Positions 19,906 through 30,248 of a stretch of DNA of 64,000 bases are shown here, piece by piece. Below the pieces are notes generated by a model. The model searched no databases and was not told the DNA's origin. It saw only the letters and a list, made by a program, of their open reading frames with translations. Location of the stretch: NCBI GenBank assembly GCA_963807525.1, contig CAWECI010000030.1, positions 33,673 to 97,672 on the forward strand. Reading direction: 5' to 3'. The stretch comes from Candidatus Aminicenantes bacterium. GTDB lineage: Bacteria; Acidobacteriota; Aminicenantia; Aminicenantales; Saccharicenantaceae. How positions within the stretch are numbered: the first letter of the stretch is position 1; each line of letters opens with the position of its first letter. Both the position numbers and the translations under genes were made by a program.

Positions 19906-20059
19906 GTCCGGACCTGGAGCAATCCCAATGCCAGTCTAGCACAACCGCCCGGGGCCCTCCACCGCCCCGGCGCGTCCGCCGTCAGCGGTCTCCGGCCCGG
20001 CCCTTGGCCCCTTTGGACGGGGGGTGGATGTGTGCTAAAATCCGTGGAAGAGGTCCCCC

Positions 20060-21515
20060 ATGAAGCCCGAGAGGAAGGCCCGCATCCTGGTCATCGACGA
20101 CGAGGAGAACATCCGCAAGTCCCTGAAGATGATCCTCGAGTACGAGGGCTACGAGTTCTTCGAAGCCGCGACGGGGGAGGACGGGCTGGAGATGCTCCAG
20201 GAGACCGTCGGCATCGACCTGGTCCTCCTCGACATCAAGATGCCCGGCAAGAGCGGCCTCGAAGTCCTGGCCGAGCTGCGGACGCGCCCGTACGTGCCGG
20301 AGGTCATCATGATCTCGGGGCAGGGGACGATCCAGGCCGCGGTCGAGGCCACCAAGCTCGGGGCCTTCGATTTCCTGGAAAAGCCGCTCCACCGCGAGCG
20401 GGTCCTGATCAGCATCCGCAACGCCCTCAAGCAGACGGACCTCAGCCGCGAGTGCCAGGACCTCAAGAAGAAGGCCGAGAAACACTACGAGATCGTCGGC
20501 CATCACCCCCTGATCCAGAACCTCTGGAAGGAGATCCTCAAGATCGCCCCGACCAACGCCACGGTCCTGATCCACGGCGAGAGCGGCACCGGCAAGGAGC
20601 TCATCGCCCGGTCCATCCACGCCCACAGCCTGCGGGCCCGCGAGCCCTTCGTCCAGGTCAACTGCGCCGCCATCCCCGAGGAGCTCATCGAATCCGAGCT
20701 CTTCGGCCACGAGAAGGGTTCGTTCACCGGCGCGACCGAACAAGAAGACGGGCAAGTTCGAGCAGGCCGACGGCGGCACGATATTCCTCGACGAGGTCGG
20801 CGACATGAGCCTGCGGACCCAGTCCAAGGTCCTCCGCGTCCTCGAGGAAGGGGAGGTCCAGAAGGTCGGCTCGAGCAAGATCTCCAAGGTCGACGTCCGG
20901 GTCATCGCCGCGACGAACAAGGATCTGCGCAAGGAGATCCAGGAAGGCCGCTTCCGGGAGGACCTGTTCTTTCGCCTGAACGTCGTCCCTCTCTATTCGC
21001 CAGCCCTGCGCGAGCGGGCCGAGGACATCCCCGTGCTCATCGATTATTTCTCCCGGACCTTCGCCGAGGAGAACAACTTCAGGCCGCGCCAGTTCTCCCC
21101 GGATGCCCTGGAGGCGATGACGTCCTATGCCTGGAAGGGCAACGTCCGGGAGCTCCGGAACATCGTCGAGCGGCTGATGATCATGACCGACAAGGACACC
21201 ATCGGGCGCGGGGACCTGCCGGAACCCCTCCGGGAGAAGGCCGGGGCCGTCCTGCCCGAGACGGCCGGGGTCAAGACGCTGCGCGAGTTCCGCGACCTCG
21301 CCGAGCGGGATTTTCTGCTGGCCAAGCTCGAGGCCAACGCTTGGAACATCTCCCAGACGGCCCGGGAGATCAACACGCCGCGGTCGAACCTCTATAAAAA
21401 ACTCGAGCAATACGGTATAAAGATAACGGCCGGAGTGGGCGAGACGGTCGTCTCTCCTTCCCGCGAGGGGGGAGAGGAGGAAAGTCCGGACTCCGAAGGG
21501 CAGGATGATCGCTAA
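20060..21515 (+). CDS. Sigma54-dependent response regulator (NtrC/NtrX family); single frameshift near 20745
   Basis: Receiver (IDDE, LDIKMP), [21 protein letters not shown] in frame 1; [35 protein letters not shown] and Fis HTH in frame 2. Confidence 0.9.
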
Positions 21516-21808
21516 CAGCGATCCCGGGCGACCGGGGGAAAGTGCCACAGAAAAGACACCGCCCCTTGGGAGGCGCAAGCCTTCCGGGGAGCAAGGGTGA
21601 AATGGCGAGGTAAGAGCTCACCGCCCCGGCGGCGACGCCGGGGGCAGGGCAAACCCCATCCGGAGCAAGGCCAAACGAGCCCCATTTTGGGATGGCCCGT
21701 CCCAGGGGGCGGGTCGGCCGCTGGATCCCGGGAGCAATCCCGGGACTAGACAAATGACCGTCGCCCGCGCAAGCGGGGACAGGATCCGGCTTACGTCCCG
21801 CTCCGGCC
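21428..21808 (+). ncRNA. rnpB: RNase P RNA, bacterial type A
   Basis: GAGGAAAGTCC, AGTGCCACAGAAA, GGTAAGAGC, GGCAAACCCC..GGAGCAAG, ACAGGATCCGGCTTA motifs; P1 GGCCGGAGTGGG/CCCGCTCCGGCC; followed by a T tract. Confidence 0.97.
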
Positions 21809-21845
21809 GTTCTTTTTTCTTTCTTTTCATGCTATAAACGGGTCG

Positions 21846-22088
21846 ATGGTTCAGATTCCCTATTCAGCGATAGGAATCGGGATCGCCGTGATCTTCGGCA
21901 TCTGGGCCTTCATCGTTTCCGAGACGGTCAAGGAGAAGGCCGTCATCGCCGGCATTTTCATCCTCGTATTCCTCATCGGGGCCATTTGCCGCTCGCCGGC
22001 CGGACAGCTCATCGCGCTCATCGGCTGGGTCGTTTACGGGGTCGGCTGCATCGTCTTCTTGCGATTGAACGGGATGGAGATCCGCTGA
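21846..22088 (+). CDS. Small membrane protein (3 TM), unknown function
   Basis: 80-aa hydrophobic ORF; TGnTATAAA 7 nt upstream; TGATG coupling to the MFS gene. Confidence 0.7.
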   Translation: MVQIPYSAIGIGIAVIFGIWAFIVSETVKEKAVIAGIFILVFLIGAICRSPAGQLIALIGWVVYGVGCIVFLRLNGMEIR

Positions 22089-23317
22089 TGGCCCGGTTCG
22101 GATGGTGGAAAGAGGCTTCTCCGGCGGCCCGCCGGGCCCTCGTGGCCGCATCGTTCGGCTGGATGCTCGATTCGTTCGACGTCATGCTCTGGGCCATGGT
22201 CCTGGCCTCGCTGATGTCGGAGCTGGGCTTGAGCAAGCCGACGGCGGGACTCCTCGGCTCGCTGACGCTGGCCGCCTCGGCTGTGGGCGGCCTTGTCTTC
22301 GGCCTGGTCGCCGACCGCTTCGGCCGGCGCCGGGCCCTCATGGCCTCGATCGCCATCTACTCGGTTTTCACGGCCGCCTGCGGCTTGGCCACGGGGGTGG
22401 CGATGCTGGCCGTCTTCCGCGTCTGCCTCGGGCTGGGCATGGGCGGCGAATGGGCCAGCGGCGCCGCGCTCGTCTGCGAAACCTGGCCGGCCGCCCATCG
22501 GGGCAAGGCCCTGGGCATCGTTCAGAGCTCCTGGGCCGTAGGCTACGCCCTGGCCGCGGCCGTCGCCGCATTGGTCCTGCCGGTCTGGGGCTGGCGCGGC
22601 GTCTTCTTCATCGGCGTCGTCCCGGCCTTCTTCACGCTCTGGATCCAGAAGAAGGTCCGTGAGCCTGAGATCTGGAGAAGCACCCGGGCCTCAGCGATCA
22701 GCGGGAGGCAGCGACTGGCCCAGATCTTCGGCCGCCGCCAGCTTCGCCTGACCGTGCTGATCACTCTGATGAACGCTTGCACCATGTTCGGCTGGTGGGG
22801 TTTCAACCTGTGGCTGCCGGGTTATCTGTCCCTGTCGGCGGGGGAGGGCGGCATCGGGCTGGGCCCCCGGACGATGTCCGCTCTGGTCATCTTCATGCAG
22901 GCCGGGATGTGGCTGGGCTACATCACCTTTGGCTTCATCAGCGACCGGCTGGGCCGCAAGAGGTCCTACGTGATCTTCCTCGTCGCGGCCGCGGCCTTCA
23001 TGTTGCTTTATGCCCGGACGCGGCAACCCCTGATCCTGTTCGCCCTCGGCCCCTTCGTCGCCTTCTTCGGGACCGGCTATTTCACCGGCTTCGGGGCCTT
23101 GACGGCCGAGATCTATCCGACCGCCGTGAGGGCCACGGCCCAGGGGCTGACGTACAACGCCGGCCGCATCGCCAGCGCGATCGCGCCCTTGACGGTGGGG
23201 GCACTGGCGGAGACAAGAGGCTTCCCGTTCGCCTTCACGGCTATCGCCGCGGCGTTCCTGGCCGCGGCGCTCTTATGGTGGGGCATCCCGGAAACGCGGG
23301 GCCGGGCCCTCGAATAG
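22088..23317 (+). CDS. MFS transporter (NanT/aromatic acid-like)
   Basis: GWMLDSFD, GLVADRFGRRR motif A, GLGMGGEW, EIYPTAVRATAQG. Confidence 0.9.
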   Translation: MARFGWWKEASPAARRALVAASFGWMLDSFDVMLWAMVLASLMSELGLSKPTAGLLGSLTLAASAVGGLVFGLVADRFGRRRALMASIAIYSVFTAACGLATGVAMLAVFRVCLGLGMGGEWASGAALVCETWPAAHRGKALGIVQSSWAVGYALAAAVAALVLPVWGWRGVFFIGVVPAFFTLWIQKKVREPEIWRSTRASAISGRQRLAQIFGRRQLRLTVLITLMNACTMFGWWGFNLWLPGYLSLSAGEGGIGLGPRTMSALVIFMQAGMWLGYITFGFISDRLGRKRSYVIFLVAAAAFMLLYARTRQPLILFALGPFVAFFGTGYFTGFGALTAEIYPTAVRATAQGLTYNAGRIASAIAPLTVGALAETRGFPFAFTAIAAAFLAAALLWWGIPETRGRALE

Positions 23318-23330
23318 CCGGCGCGGCCCG

Positions 23331-24758
23331 TCAGATCAGCCCGGCCAGAGCCTGCCGGATGAGAACGAGCAGGTGGCCGGGCCACACGCCCAGCTGGATG
23401 ATCCCCAAAAGGCAAAGGACGATGGCCAGGACCAGAGCCGGGTTCTTCTTTCCGAGGACGGGTCCGGTCTCGGCGTCCTGCATGTACATGGCCCCGATGA
23501 CCTTGAAGTAGTAGGCGACCGAGACGAGGCTGGCCAGGACCGCGGCGACGGCCAGGAGCACGCGCCCCCGGGCGACGGCGGCGCTGAAAATAAAGAACTT
23601 GGCCAAGAAGCCGGCCGTGGGCGGGATGCCGGCCAGAGACAGCAGGAACACGGCCAGACAGGCCGCCAGCCAGGGATGGCGGCGGCCCAGGCCCGAGAGG
23701 TCCGCCAGGGTTGTGTTATCTTCGCCCCGGCCCGAAAGCGCGGCCAGGATGGCAAAGGCCCCGGCGTTCATGAACGTATAGGCGACGAGATAGAAGACCA
23801 AGCCGGGACCGTCCCCGGCGATCACTCCGACCAGAAGATAGCCCGAATGGGCGATGGCCGAATAGGCCAGCAGCCTCTTGATGTTCTTCTGGCGCAGGGC
23901 GGCCAGGTTCCCGGCGAACATCGTCAGAACGGCGGCCACGCTCAGGACCGGGATATAGAGGGCCGCCGCGCGGCTCGCGACGGGCAGAGGCCAGAGCAGG
24001 CGCAGCAGGACGGCCAGCCCGGCCGCCTTGGGCGCTATCGTCAGGAAGGCCGTCACGGGGGTCGGGGCGCCGTCGTAAACGTCAGGCGCCCACATGTGAA
24101 AAGGCGCGACGGCGATCTTGAAGAGGAGCGCGGCCACGATGAGACCCAGCCCCGCCAGCACCGTCACAGGCGGACCTCCAGGCCCGGCGCCGCTCGGGAC
24201 GCCGGCGGCAAAGCTCAGGTCCCCGGTCGTCCCGAACACCAGGGCCAGGCCGAAGACGAAAAAGGCGCCGGCGAAGCTGCCCATGAGGAAATACTTGGCC
24301 GCCGCCTCGCGGGAGCGCGGGTCGCTCCGACGCAGGCCGGCCAGGGCATAGGAAGCCACCGAGAGGACCTCGAGGCCCAGAAAGACGATGAGCCAGTCCT
24401 TTGAAGAGACCATGATCATCAGGCCGGCCACGGCCAAGAGAAGGAGTCCGGAGAGCTGACCGAGGTTGATCTCCCGAAGGGGGGCGTAGGCCAAGCTCAT
24501 GAGCAAGACCAGGGCGGCGACCAGAACGAAAACACCCATGAGAAGGAGGGCCAGCGCGTCGAGGATGAGCCGTCCCCCGAAATAGGCCGGCTCGAGCGGC
24601 CAGGCCCGGGCGATAAAGTACGCCGCCGCGGCCAGGGCCAGGATAGCCGCCGTGGCCGAAAGCTCATGGTCGCGACGCCGTATAAAAGCCTCGAGAAGAA
24701 GCGCCGTCAGGGCGCCGGCGACGACGGAGAGGAGAGGGGCCAGCGCGAGGATGGACAT
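23331..24758 (-). CDS. nuoN: NADH-quinone oxidoreductase subunit N
   Basis: FLGLEVLS, EAAAKYF, FKIAVAPFHMWAPDVYDGAP, KRLLAYS, SLAGIPP. Confidence 0.93.
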   Translation of the reverse strand: MSILALAPLLSVVAGALTALLLEAFIRRRDHELSATAAILALAAAAYFIARAWPLEPAYFGGRLILDALALLLMGVFVLVAALVLLMSLAYAPLREINLGQLSGLLLLAVAGLMIMVSSKDWLIVFLGLEVLSVASYALAGLRRSDPRSREAAAKYFLMGSFAGAFFVFGLALVFGTTGDLSFAAGVPSGAGPGGPPVTVLAGLGLIVAALLFKIAVAPFHMWAPDVYDGAPTPVTAFLTIAPKAAGLAVLLRLLWPLPVASRAAALYIPVLSVAAVLTMFAGNLAALRQKNIKRLLAYSAIAHSGYLLVGVIAGDGPGLVFYLVAYTFMNAGAFAILAALSGRGEDNTTLADLSGLGRRHPWLAACLAVFLLSLAGIPPTAGFLAKFFIFSAAVARGRVLLAVAAVLASLVSVAYYFKVIGAMYMQDAETGPVLGKKNPALVLAIVLCLLGIIQLGVWPGHLLVLIRQALAGLI

Positions 24759-24759
24759 G

Positions 24760-26331
24760 TCAGCGCTCCGTCCCCGCCGTCACGCTCCTCCCGAACCCAG
24801 GCGGGGAAACCTCGTTCAAGGTCAAGCTGGCAGCCGGCTTGGAGTTAACGACCCCGAGATAGCGCGAGACGGCCCCGTCCGTCTTTCTCAGGATCGATCC
24901 CGGAAAGAGCCCCAGGAAGACCATCAAGACGATTATGGGAACGAGGCAGGCGAGCTCGCGCCGGTCGAGGTCCCGCAACCGGACATCCGCCGGATCCTTG
25001 AGCGGGCCTTGCATGACGCGCCGATAGAGCCACAAGAGATATGCGGCCGAGAGGATGACGGTCGTGACCCCGAGGACGCCAAGGACCTTGTTGGCCGCGA
25101 AAACGCCGAAGAAACATAGGATCTCGCCCACGAATCCGTTGAGCCCCGGCAGTCCAGCGGAGGAGAGCATGGAAACGAGGAACAGACCGGCGAAGACCGG
25201 CATGCGCGCCGCCGTGCCCCCGTAATCGGCGATCAGCCGCGTGTGGGTCCGCTCGTAGAGTATCCCGACGCAGAGAAAGAGCGCCCCCGTGCTCAGGCCG
25301 TGGTTGAGCATTTGAAATAGGGCGCCCTGGGTGGCCTCGAAGTTGAGGGAGAAGACGGCCAGCATGATCAGGCCCATGTGGCTGACGCTCGAGTAGGCCA
25401 CGAGCGACTTCATGTCCTTCTGGACGAGCGCCATCAGGCCGCCGTAAATGATGCCGATCGCGGCCAGGATGGAAAGCGCCGGGGCGAAGGCCGCGGCCGC
25501 CCGCGGGAAGAGGGGCAGGCCGAGCCGGATGAAGCCATAGGCGCCCATCTTCAGAAGCACAGCCGCCAGGAGCACCGAGCCGGCCGTCGGGGCCTCGACA
25601 TGCGCGTCGGGAAGCCAGGTGTGAAGGGGGAAGAGAGGGACCTTGACGGCGAACGCCAGCGCGAACGCCAGGAAGAGCCAGGTCTGCAGCCCCGGGGCGA
25701 GAGGGACCGCAGCCAGGTCGGCGATGGCCAGCGAATAATGGCCGGTGGCCTGGAAATAGGCATGATGGAGAGCGAAGATGGCGACCAGCATCAGCAAGCT
25801 GCCGAACATGGTGAAGAGCACGAACTTCATGGTCGCATAGACGCGGCGACGGCCGCCCCAGATGCCGATCAAGAAATACATCGGGACGAGCATGGCCTCC
25901 CAGAAAACATAGAACAGGAACAGGTTCAGGGAGACGAAGACCCCGATCATGCCGGTCTCGAGGACCAGCATGAAGATCGAGAATTCCTTGACCCGCCCGT
26001 CGATGGCCTTCCACGACGACAGCAAGGCGATCGGCGTCAAAAAGGCCGCGAGAAGGACCAGGAAGAGACTGATGCCGTCGACGCCGACCTCGTAATCGAG
26101 GCCGCGGCCGAGCCAGGACGCCCGCTCGGCGAACTCCGGCAGGCCGGACACGCCGCGGAATCCGAAAAATAGGAGCAGCGCCGCGGCGAAAGTCAGCAGC
26201 GAAACGGCCAGCGCCACTGTCCGCGAGGTCCGGCCCGAGCCCTCGTGGAAGAACGCCAGAAGGATGGCCCCGGCGAGAGGCAGGAAGGTCACGATCGACA
26301 CAACGGGCAGACCGGCCAGGAGAGCGCTCAT
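24760..26331 (-). CDS. nuoM: NADH-quinone oxidoreductase subunit M
   Basis: GVDGIS, FYVFWEAMLVPMYFLIGIWG, PLHTWLPDAHVEAPT, LLKMGAYG, GLPGLNGFVGE. Confidence 0.95.
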   Translation of the reverse strand: MSALLAGLPVVSIVTFLPLAGAILLAFFHEGSGRTSRTVALAVSLLTFAAALLLFFGFRGVSGLPEFAERASWLGRGLDYEVGVDGISLFLVLLAAFLTPIALLSSWKAIDGRVKEFSIFMLVLETGMIGVFVSLNLFLFYVFWEAMLVPMYFLIGIWGGRRRVYATMKFVLFTMFGSLLMLVAIFALHHAYFQATGHYSLAIADLAAVPLAPGLQTWLFLAFALAFAVKVPLFPLHTWLPDAHVEAPTAGSVLLAAVLLKMGAYGFIRLGLPLFPRAAAAFAPALSILAAIGIIYGGLMALVQKDMKSLVAYSSVSHMGLIMLAVFSLNFEATQGALFQMLNHGLSTGALFLCVGILYERTHTRLIADYGGTAARMPVFAGLFLVSMLSSAGLPGLNGFVGEILCFFGVFAANKVLGVLGVTTVILSAAYLLWLYRRVMQGPLKDPADVRLRDLDRRELACLVPIIVLMVFLGLFPGSILRKTDGAVSRYLGVVNSKPAASLTLNEVSPPGFGRSVTAGTER

Positions 26332-28226
26332 AGCATCAGCGCTCCCAGGAAGAGGACGGCCCCGAGCAGGAAGGCCAGGGCATAATCGCGGACCAGGCCG
26401 CTTTGGAGGAAGCTCAGGCCCCGGCCGGCCAGGCCCGCGGTCTTGGCCGATCCGTTGAGGGCGCCGTCGATGACCCCGAGGTCAAAATGCCGGTAAACCA
26501 GTTCCGAGCCGCGGAGGAGCGGCCGTATGAGGACCGCGTCATAGGCCTCGTCGACGTAATACTTGCCGGCCAGAAGCCGGTAGATCCCGGGAAACCGCCG
26601 GGCCAGCCGCCCGGGGATGGACGGAGACCTCAGGTAGAACCAGAAGGCCAGTGCGATGCCCCCCAGGGCCGACAGGATGGCCGTCATGATCAGGCTGATC
26701 TCCGTCGACGGGATCGGGTGATGGACGGCCGGGGGCAGGACATCTTCGAGGAAACTTGCGAAGATGTTGGCCCGCTTTCCGAGGAGGACCGGCAGACCCA
26801 GGAATCCGGCCACGGCGGAGAACACGGCCAGGACGATGAGGGGCAGGGTCATGACCCGGGATGATTCGTGGACCGGGTGTCCCGCGGGCCGGGCCTCCCG
26901 GGACGCGCCGTAGAACGTCAGATAGATCAACCGGAACATGTAGAAGGCGGTCAGCACGGCCCCGGCGAGGCCGAGGCCGTAGAGGACATAGTGACCGCCG
27001 GCATAGGCGCTCGTGAGGATGGCGTCCTTGGAGAAGAACCCCGATAGGAACGGCACGCCGGAGATGGCCAGGGCCCCGACCAGGAAGACCGGAAAGGTCA
27101 CGGGCAGGCTTTTCCGGAGCCCGCCCATCCGCCGCATGTCCTGTTCGCCGCCGAGCGCGTGGATGACGCTGCCCGCGGCCAGGAACAACAGGCTCTTGAA
27201 GAAGGCGTGGGTGACGAGATGGAACAGGCCCGCGGCGTAGGCCCCGACGCCGCAGCCGAGGAACATGTACCCGATCTGCGAGATCGTGGAGTAGGCCAGG
27301 ACCCGCTTGATGTCGTTCTGGACCAGGGCGATGGTGGCCGCATAGACGGCCGTGATCCCGCCGACCCAGGCCACGACCGAGGAGGCCGCCGGCGAGGCCG
27401 CGTAAAGGGGACTGAGCCGGCAGACCATATAGACGCCGGCCGTGACCATGGTCGCCGCATGGATCAGGGCGGAAACGGGGGTCGGGCCCTCCATGGCGTC
27501 CGGGAGCCAGACATAGAGCGGGATCTGGGCCGACTTGCCCGTGGCGCCCACGAACAAGAGGATCCCGATGAGCGTGACCAGGGCGGGGGAGAGGATCCCG
27601 GCGGCCGGGGCGGCGACGATCGCCGCGAATCCGGAACTGCCGACGGTCGTCAGGATGAACAGGATGGCGACGATGAAGGCCGCGTCGCCGACGCGATTGA
27701 CGACAAAGGCCTTCATGCCTGCCCGGGAGGCCGCCGGGCGTTCGAACCAGAAGCCGATCAGCAGATACGAGCACAGCCCCACGCCTTCCCAGCCGACGAA
27801 CATCAGGACGATATCCGAGGCCAGGACCAGGACCAGCATGAAGAAGGTGAAGAGGTTCAGGAAAGCGAAGTACCGGGACAGGGCCTTGTCGCGGGCCATG
27901 TACCCTACGGAATAGACATGGATGAGGAACCCGACGCCGGTGACCACCAGGGTCATCACCGCCGCCAGTTGGTCGAAATGGAACGCGATCGCGGTCGAGA
28001 ATCTCCCCGACACGATCCACGAGAAGAGGGTCCGGGAGAGGCCGGCCGGCGGCGCAGCGGCCCGCGTCAACTGAAGAAAAGCGGCTAAAGAAAGCAGGAA
28101 CGAGGCCATCACCGCTGCCGAGGCCTGGACGGCAACCCAGCGGCCGGACATCCTCCGTCCCAGAAGAAGCAAGGCCAAGGCGCTGGCCCCGGGCAGAAGC
28201 GGGATGAGCCAGAACAGCCCGGCCAT
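26328..28226 (-). CDS. nuoL: NADH-quinone oxidoreductase subunit L
   Basis: IHVYSVGYM, GWEGVGLCSYLLIGFW, GKSAQIPLYVWLPDAMEGPTPVSALIHAATMV, HAFFK. Confidence 0.96.
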   Translation of the reverse strand: MAGLFWLIPLLPGASALALLLLGRRMSGRWVAVQASAAVMASFLLSLAAFLQLTRAAAPPAGLSRTLFSWIVSGRFSTAIAFHFDQLAAVMTLVVTGVGFLIHVYSVGYMARDKALSRYFAFLNLFTFFMLVLVLASDIVLMFVGWEGVGLCSYLLIGFWFERPAASRAGMKAFVVNRVGDAAFIVAILFILTTVGSSGFAAIVAAPAAGILSPALVTLIGILLFVGATGKSAQIPLYVWLPDAMEGPTPVSALIHAATMVTAGVYMVCRLSPLYAASPAASSVVAWVGGITAVYAATIALVQNDIKRVLAYSTISQIGYMFLGCGVGAYAAGLFHLVTHAFFKSLLFLAAGSVIHALGGEQDMRRMGGLRKSLPVTFPVFLVGALAISGVPFLSGFFSKDAILTSAYAGGHYVLYGLGLAGAVLTAFYMFRLIYLTFYGASREARPAGHPVHESSRVMTLPLIVLAVFSAVAGFLGLPVLLGKRANIFASFLEDVLPPAVHHPIPSTEISLIMTAILSALGGIALAFWFYLRSPSIPGRLARRFPGIYRLLAGKYYVDEAYDAVLIRPLLRGSELVYRHFDLGVIDGALNGSAKTAGLAGRGLSFLQSGLVRDYALAFLLGAVLFLGALML

Positions 28227-28227
28227 G

Positions 28228-28530
28228 TTATCCCTTCAGTTCCTTGAGGTCGTCGGTTCGGATCGACTTGCGGGCCCGGAAGACAAGGACGATGATGGCC
28301 AGCCCGATCACGGCTTCGGCCGCCGCGACCGTGATAATGAAAAGGACCAGGGCCTGGCCCTCGGCCCGGACGGCCGCTTTGCTCAGAGCCAGGAAGGCGA
28401 GATTGCCGGCATTGAGCATGACCTCGACGGCCATGAACTGGGTCAGCAGGTCCTTCTTGACGAAGAACGCGACCACCCCGAGGACGAAGAGGAGGGCGGC
28501 CACGCCAAAGAAGGCGCCGGGAGGGATCAT
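28228..28530 (-). CDS. nuoK: NADH-quinone oxidoreductase subunit K
   Basis: EVMLNA, GQALVLFIITVAAAEAVIGLA, C-terminal LKG. Confidence 0.93.
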   Translation of the reverse strand: MIPPGAFFGVAALLFVLGVVAFFVKKDLLTQFMAVEVMLNAGNLAFLALSKAAVRAEGQALVLFIITVAAAEAVIGLAIIVLVFRARKSIRTDDLKELKG

Positions 28531-29021
28531 TCCCGCTCCTTGGGGCCGGCCAGAGCGAGCGCCCCGACCAGGGCCGCGACGATAAGCAGCGAGGTGATCT
28601 CGAACGCATACAGATAGTCTTTGAAGAGAAGCTGCCCGAGGCGGGCCACATCTCGCCCGGTCGAGACCCCGGTCGGCCGGCCCGAAAAGGCCCGGAAGCC
28701 GGCCAGGAGCAACTGGGCAAGAAGGACGAGACCCAGCCCGCTTCCCAGGATCGCTTGGACGCGCTTCTTATCGGGCGGTTCGGGCCGTCGCAGATTGAAC
28801 ATCATGATGGCAAAGAGGAAGAGGACCATTATGGCCCCGGCATAGACCAGGACTTGGACGACGGCGGCGAAAGGGGCTTCGAGCAGCCCGAAGATCCCGC
28901 CCAGGCCGGCAAAGGACAGGACCAGGAAGAGAGCATTGTGGGCTTGGTTGCGCGACAGGATCATGGCCACGACCCCGCCAAGGCACAGAAAAGAAAGGAC
29001 AATGAAGATGATCCAAGCCAT
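28527..29021 (-). CDS. nuoJ: NADH-quinone oxidoreductase subunit J
   Basis: QVLVYAGAIMVLFLF, YLYAFEITSLLI. Start set at ATG 29021. Confidence 0.92.
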   Translation of the reverse strand: MAWIIFIVLSFLCLGGVVAMILSRNQAHNALFLVLSFAGLGGIFGLLEAPFAAVVQVLVYAGAIMVLFLFAIMMFNLRRPEPPDKKRVQAILGSGLGLVLLAQLLLAGFRAFSGRPTGVSTGRDVARLGQLLFKDYLYAFEITSLLIVAALVGALALAGPKERE

Positions 29022-29031
29022 GGGAACCCTA

Positions 29032-29060
29032 TATTTATTTGCCCCCAGGCCCCTTGTCAA
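29032..29060 (-). promoter_or_regulatory. Putative promoter of nuoJKLMN
   Basis: TTGACA-17 nt-TAAATA(T) on the minus strand about 10 nt upstream of the nuoJ ATG. Confidence 0.5.
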
Positions 29061-29083
29061 GCCGGAAAATAGGGAAGGAGGGC

Positions 29084-30166
29084 TCAGACGGCGAAGCGGA
29101 AGTTGATGATGTCGCCGTCCCGGACGGAATAGGCCTTGCCCTCCAGGCGGAGGGTGCCCTCGGTCCGGCAGGCGGCGATATCACCCTGGGCCACGAAGTG
29201 CTCATAGGAGACGACTTCGGCCCGGATGAAGCCGCGCTCGATGTCGGAATGGATGACCCCGGCGGCCCGCGTGGCCACAGTCCCGTCGCTCACGGTCCAG
29301 GCCTTGACCTCGTCGCTGCCGACGGTGAAGAATGAGATCAGGCCCATCATCCGGTAGGCCGTGGCGATGAGGCGGTCCAGGGCCGAGCGTTCGATCCCGA
29401 AATCAGACCGGAAACCGGCCGCGTCCTGGTCCGCGAGCTGACGGATCTCGCTTTCGAGACGGGCCGAGAGCCCGACGACGGCCTTGCCGGGGCCGGAAGC
29501 CCAGTCCCCGAACGAGGACAGGATCTCGGCCTCGCGGCGGATCTCCTCCTCGTCGAGATTTACGGCCGCGATGATCGGCTTGCGGGTCAGGAAGCGGAAG
29601 CCGCGGAGGAGCGTTTCCTCGTCGTCCGTGAGATCAAGGGCGCGGAGGGGAAGCTCGGACTCGAGCTGGGCCTGGCATTTCTCGAGGGCCGCGAGCTCGC
29701 GCACGTCCCTGTCGCTTTTCTTGGAGGCGATCTGCTTGCGCAGGCGGTCGACGCGGGTCTCTACGATGGCCAAGTCGCTCAGCAGGAACTCCGTCTCGAT
29801 CGCGGCCAGGTCCCGGCGCGGGTCGATCGTCTTGAGGGGATGGGCCACGGACGGATCGCGGAACGAACGGACGACGGCCAGCAGGGCGTCGGCCGTTCGC
29901 AGCTTGCCCAGGAACTGTTCGCTGAAGGAGGCCAGCTTGGGGTCTCCGGCCGACAGGCTTTGCAGCTCGACGAATTCGATCGAGGCGGCCGTCTTCTTCT
30001 TGGGCTCGAAGATCGCGGCCAATTTCTCGAGCCGCGGATCGGGGACCTTGACGACGGCCACGGGATCGGCCCCTTTGGCCAAGGCGGACTCGGTCGATGC
30101 CCCCGTCAGGGCGGAAAAGAGCGAGCTTTTCCCTGACTGAGGCAAGCCGACGATACAGATCTTCAC
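29084..30166 (-). CDS. ychF: Ribosome-binding ATPase YchF
   Basis: IVGLPQSGKSSLF, VPDPRL, FFTVGSDEVKAW, AGVIHSDIERGFIRAEV, GDIINFRF. Confidence 0.93.
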   Translation of the reverse strand: MKICIVGLPQSGKSSLFSALTGASTESALAKGADPVAVVKVPDPRLEKLAAIFEPKKKTAASIEFVELQSLSAGDPKLASFSEQFLGKLRTADALLAVVRSFRDPSVAHPLKTIDPRRDLAAIETEFLLSDLAIVETRVDRLRKQIASKKSDRDVRELAALEKCQAQLESELPLRALDLTDDEETLLRGFRFLTRKPIIAAVNLDEEEIRREAEILSSFGDWASGPGKAVVGLSARLESEIRQLADQDAAGFRSDFGIERSALDRLIATAYRMMGLISFFTVGSDEVKAWTVSDGTVATRAAGVIHSDIERGFIRAEVVSYEHFVAQGDIAACRTEGTLRLEGKAYSVRDGDIINFRFAV

Positions 30167-30248
30167 GTTCGTTTTCCTTCGGGGGATCGACCTGACGAAG
30201 AAAAGAAGGACTTATTATAGCGGGATCAGGGCCGCGTTTCAAGAATCG

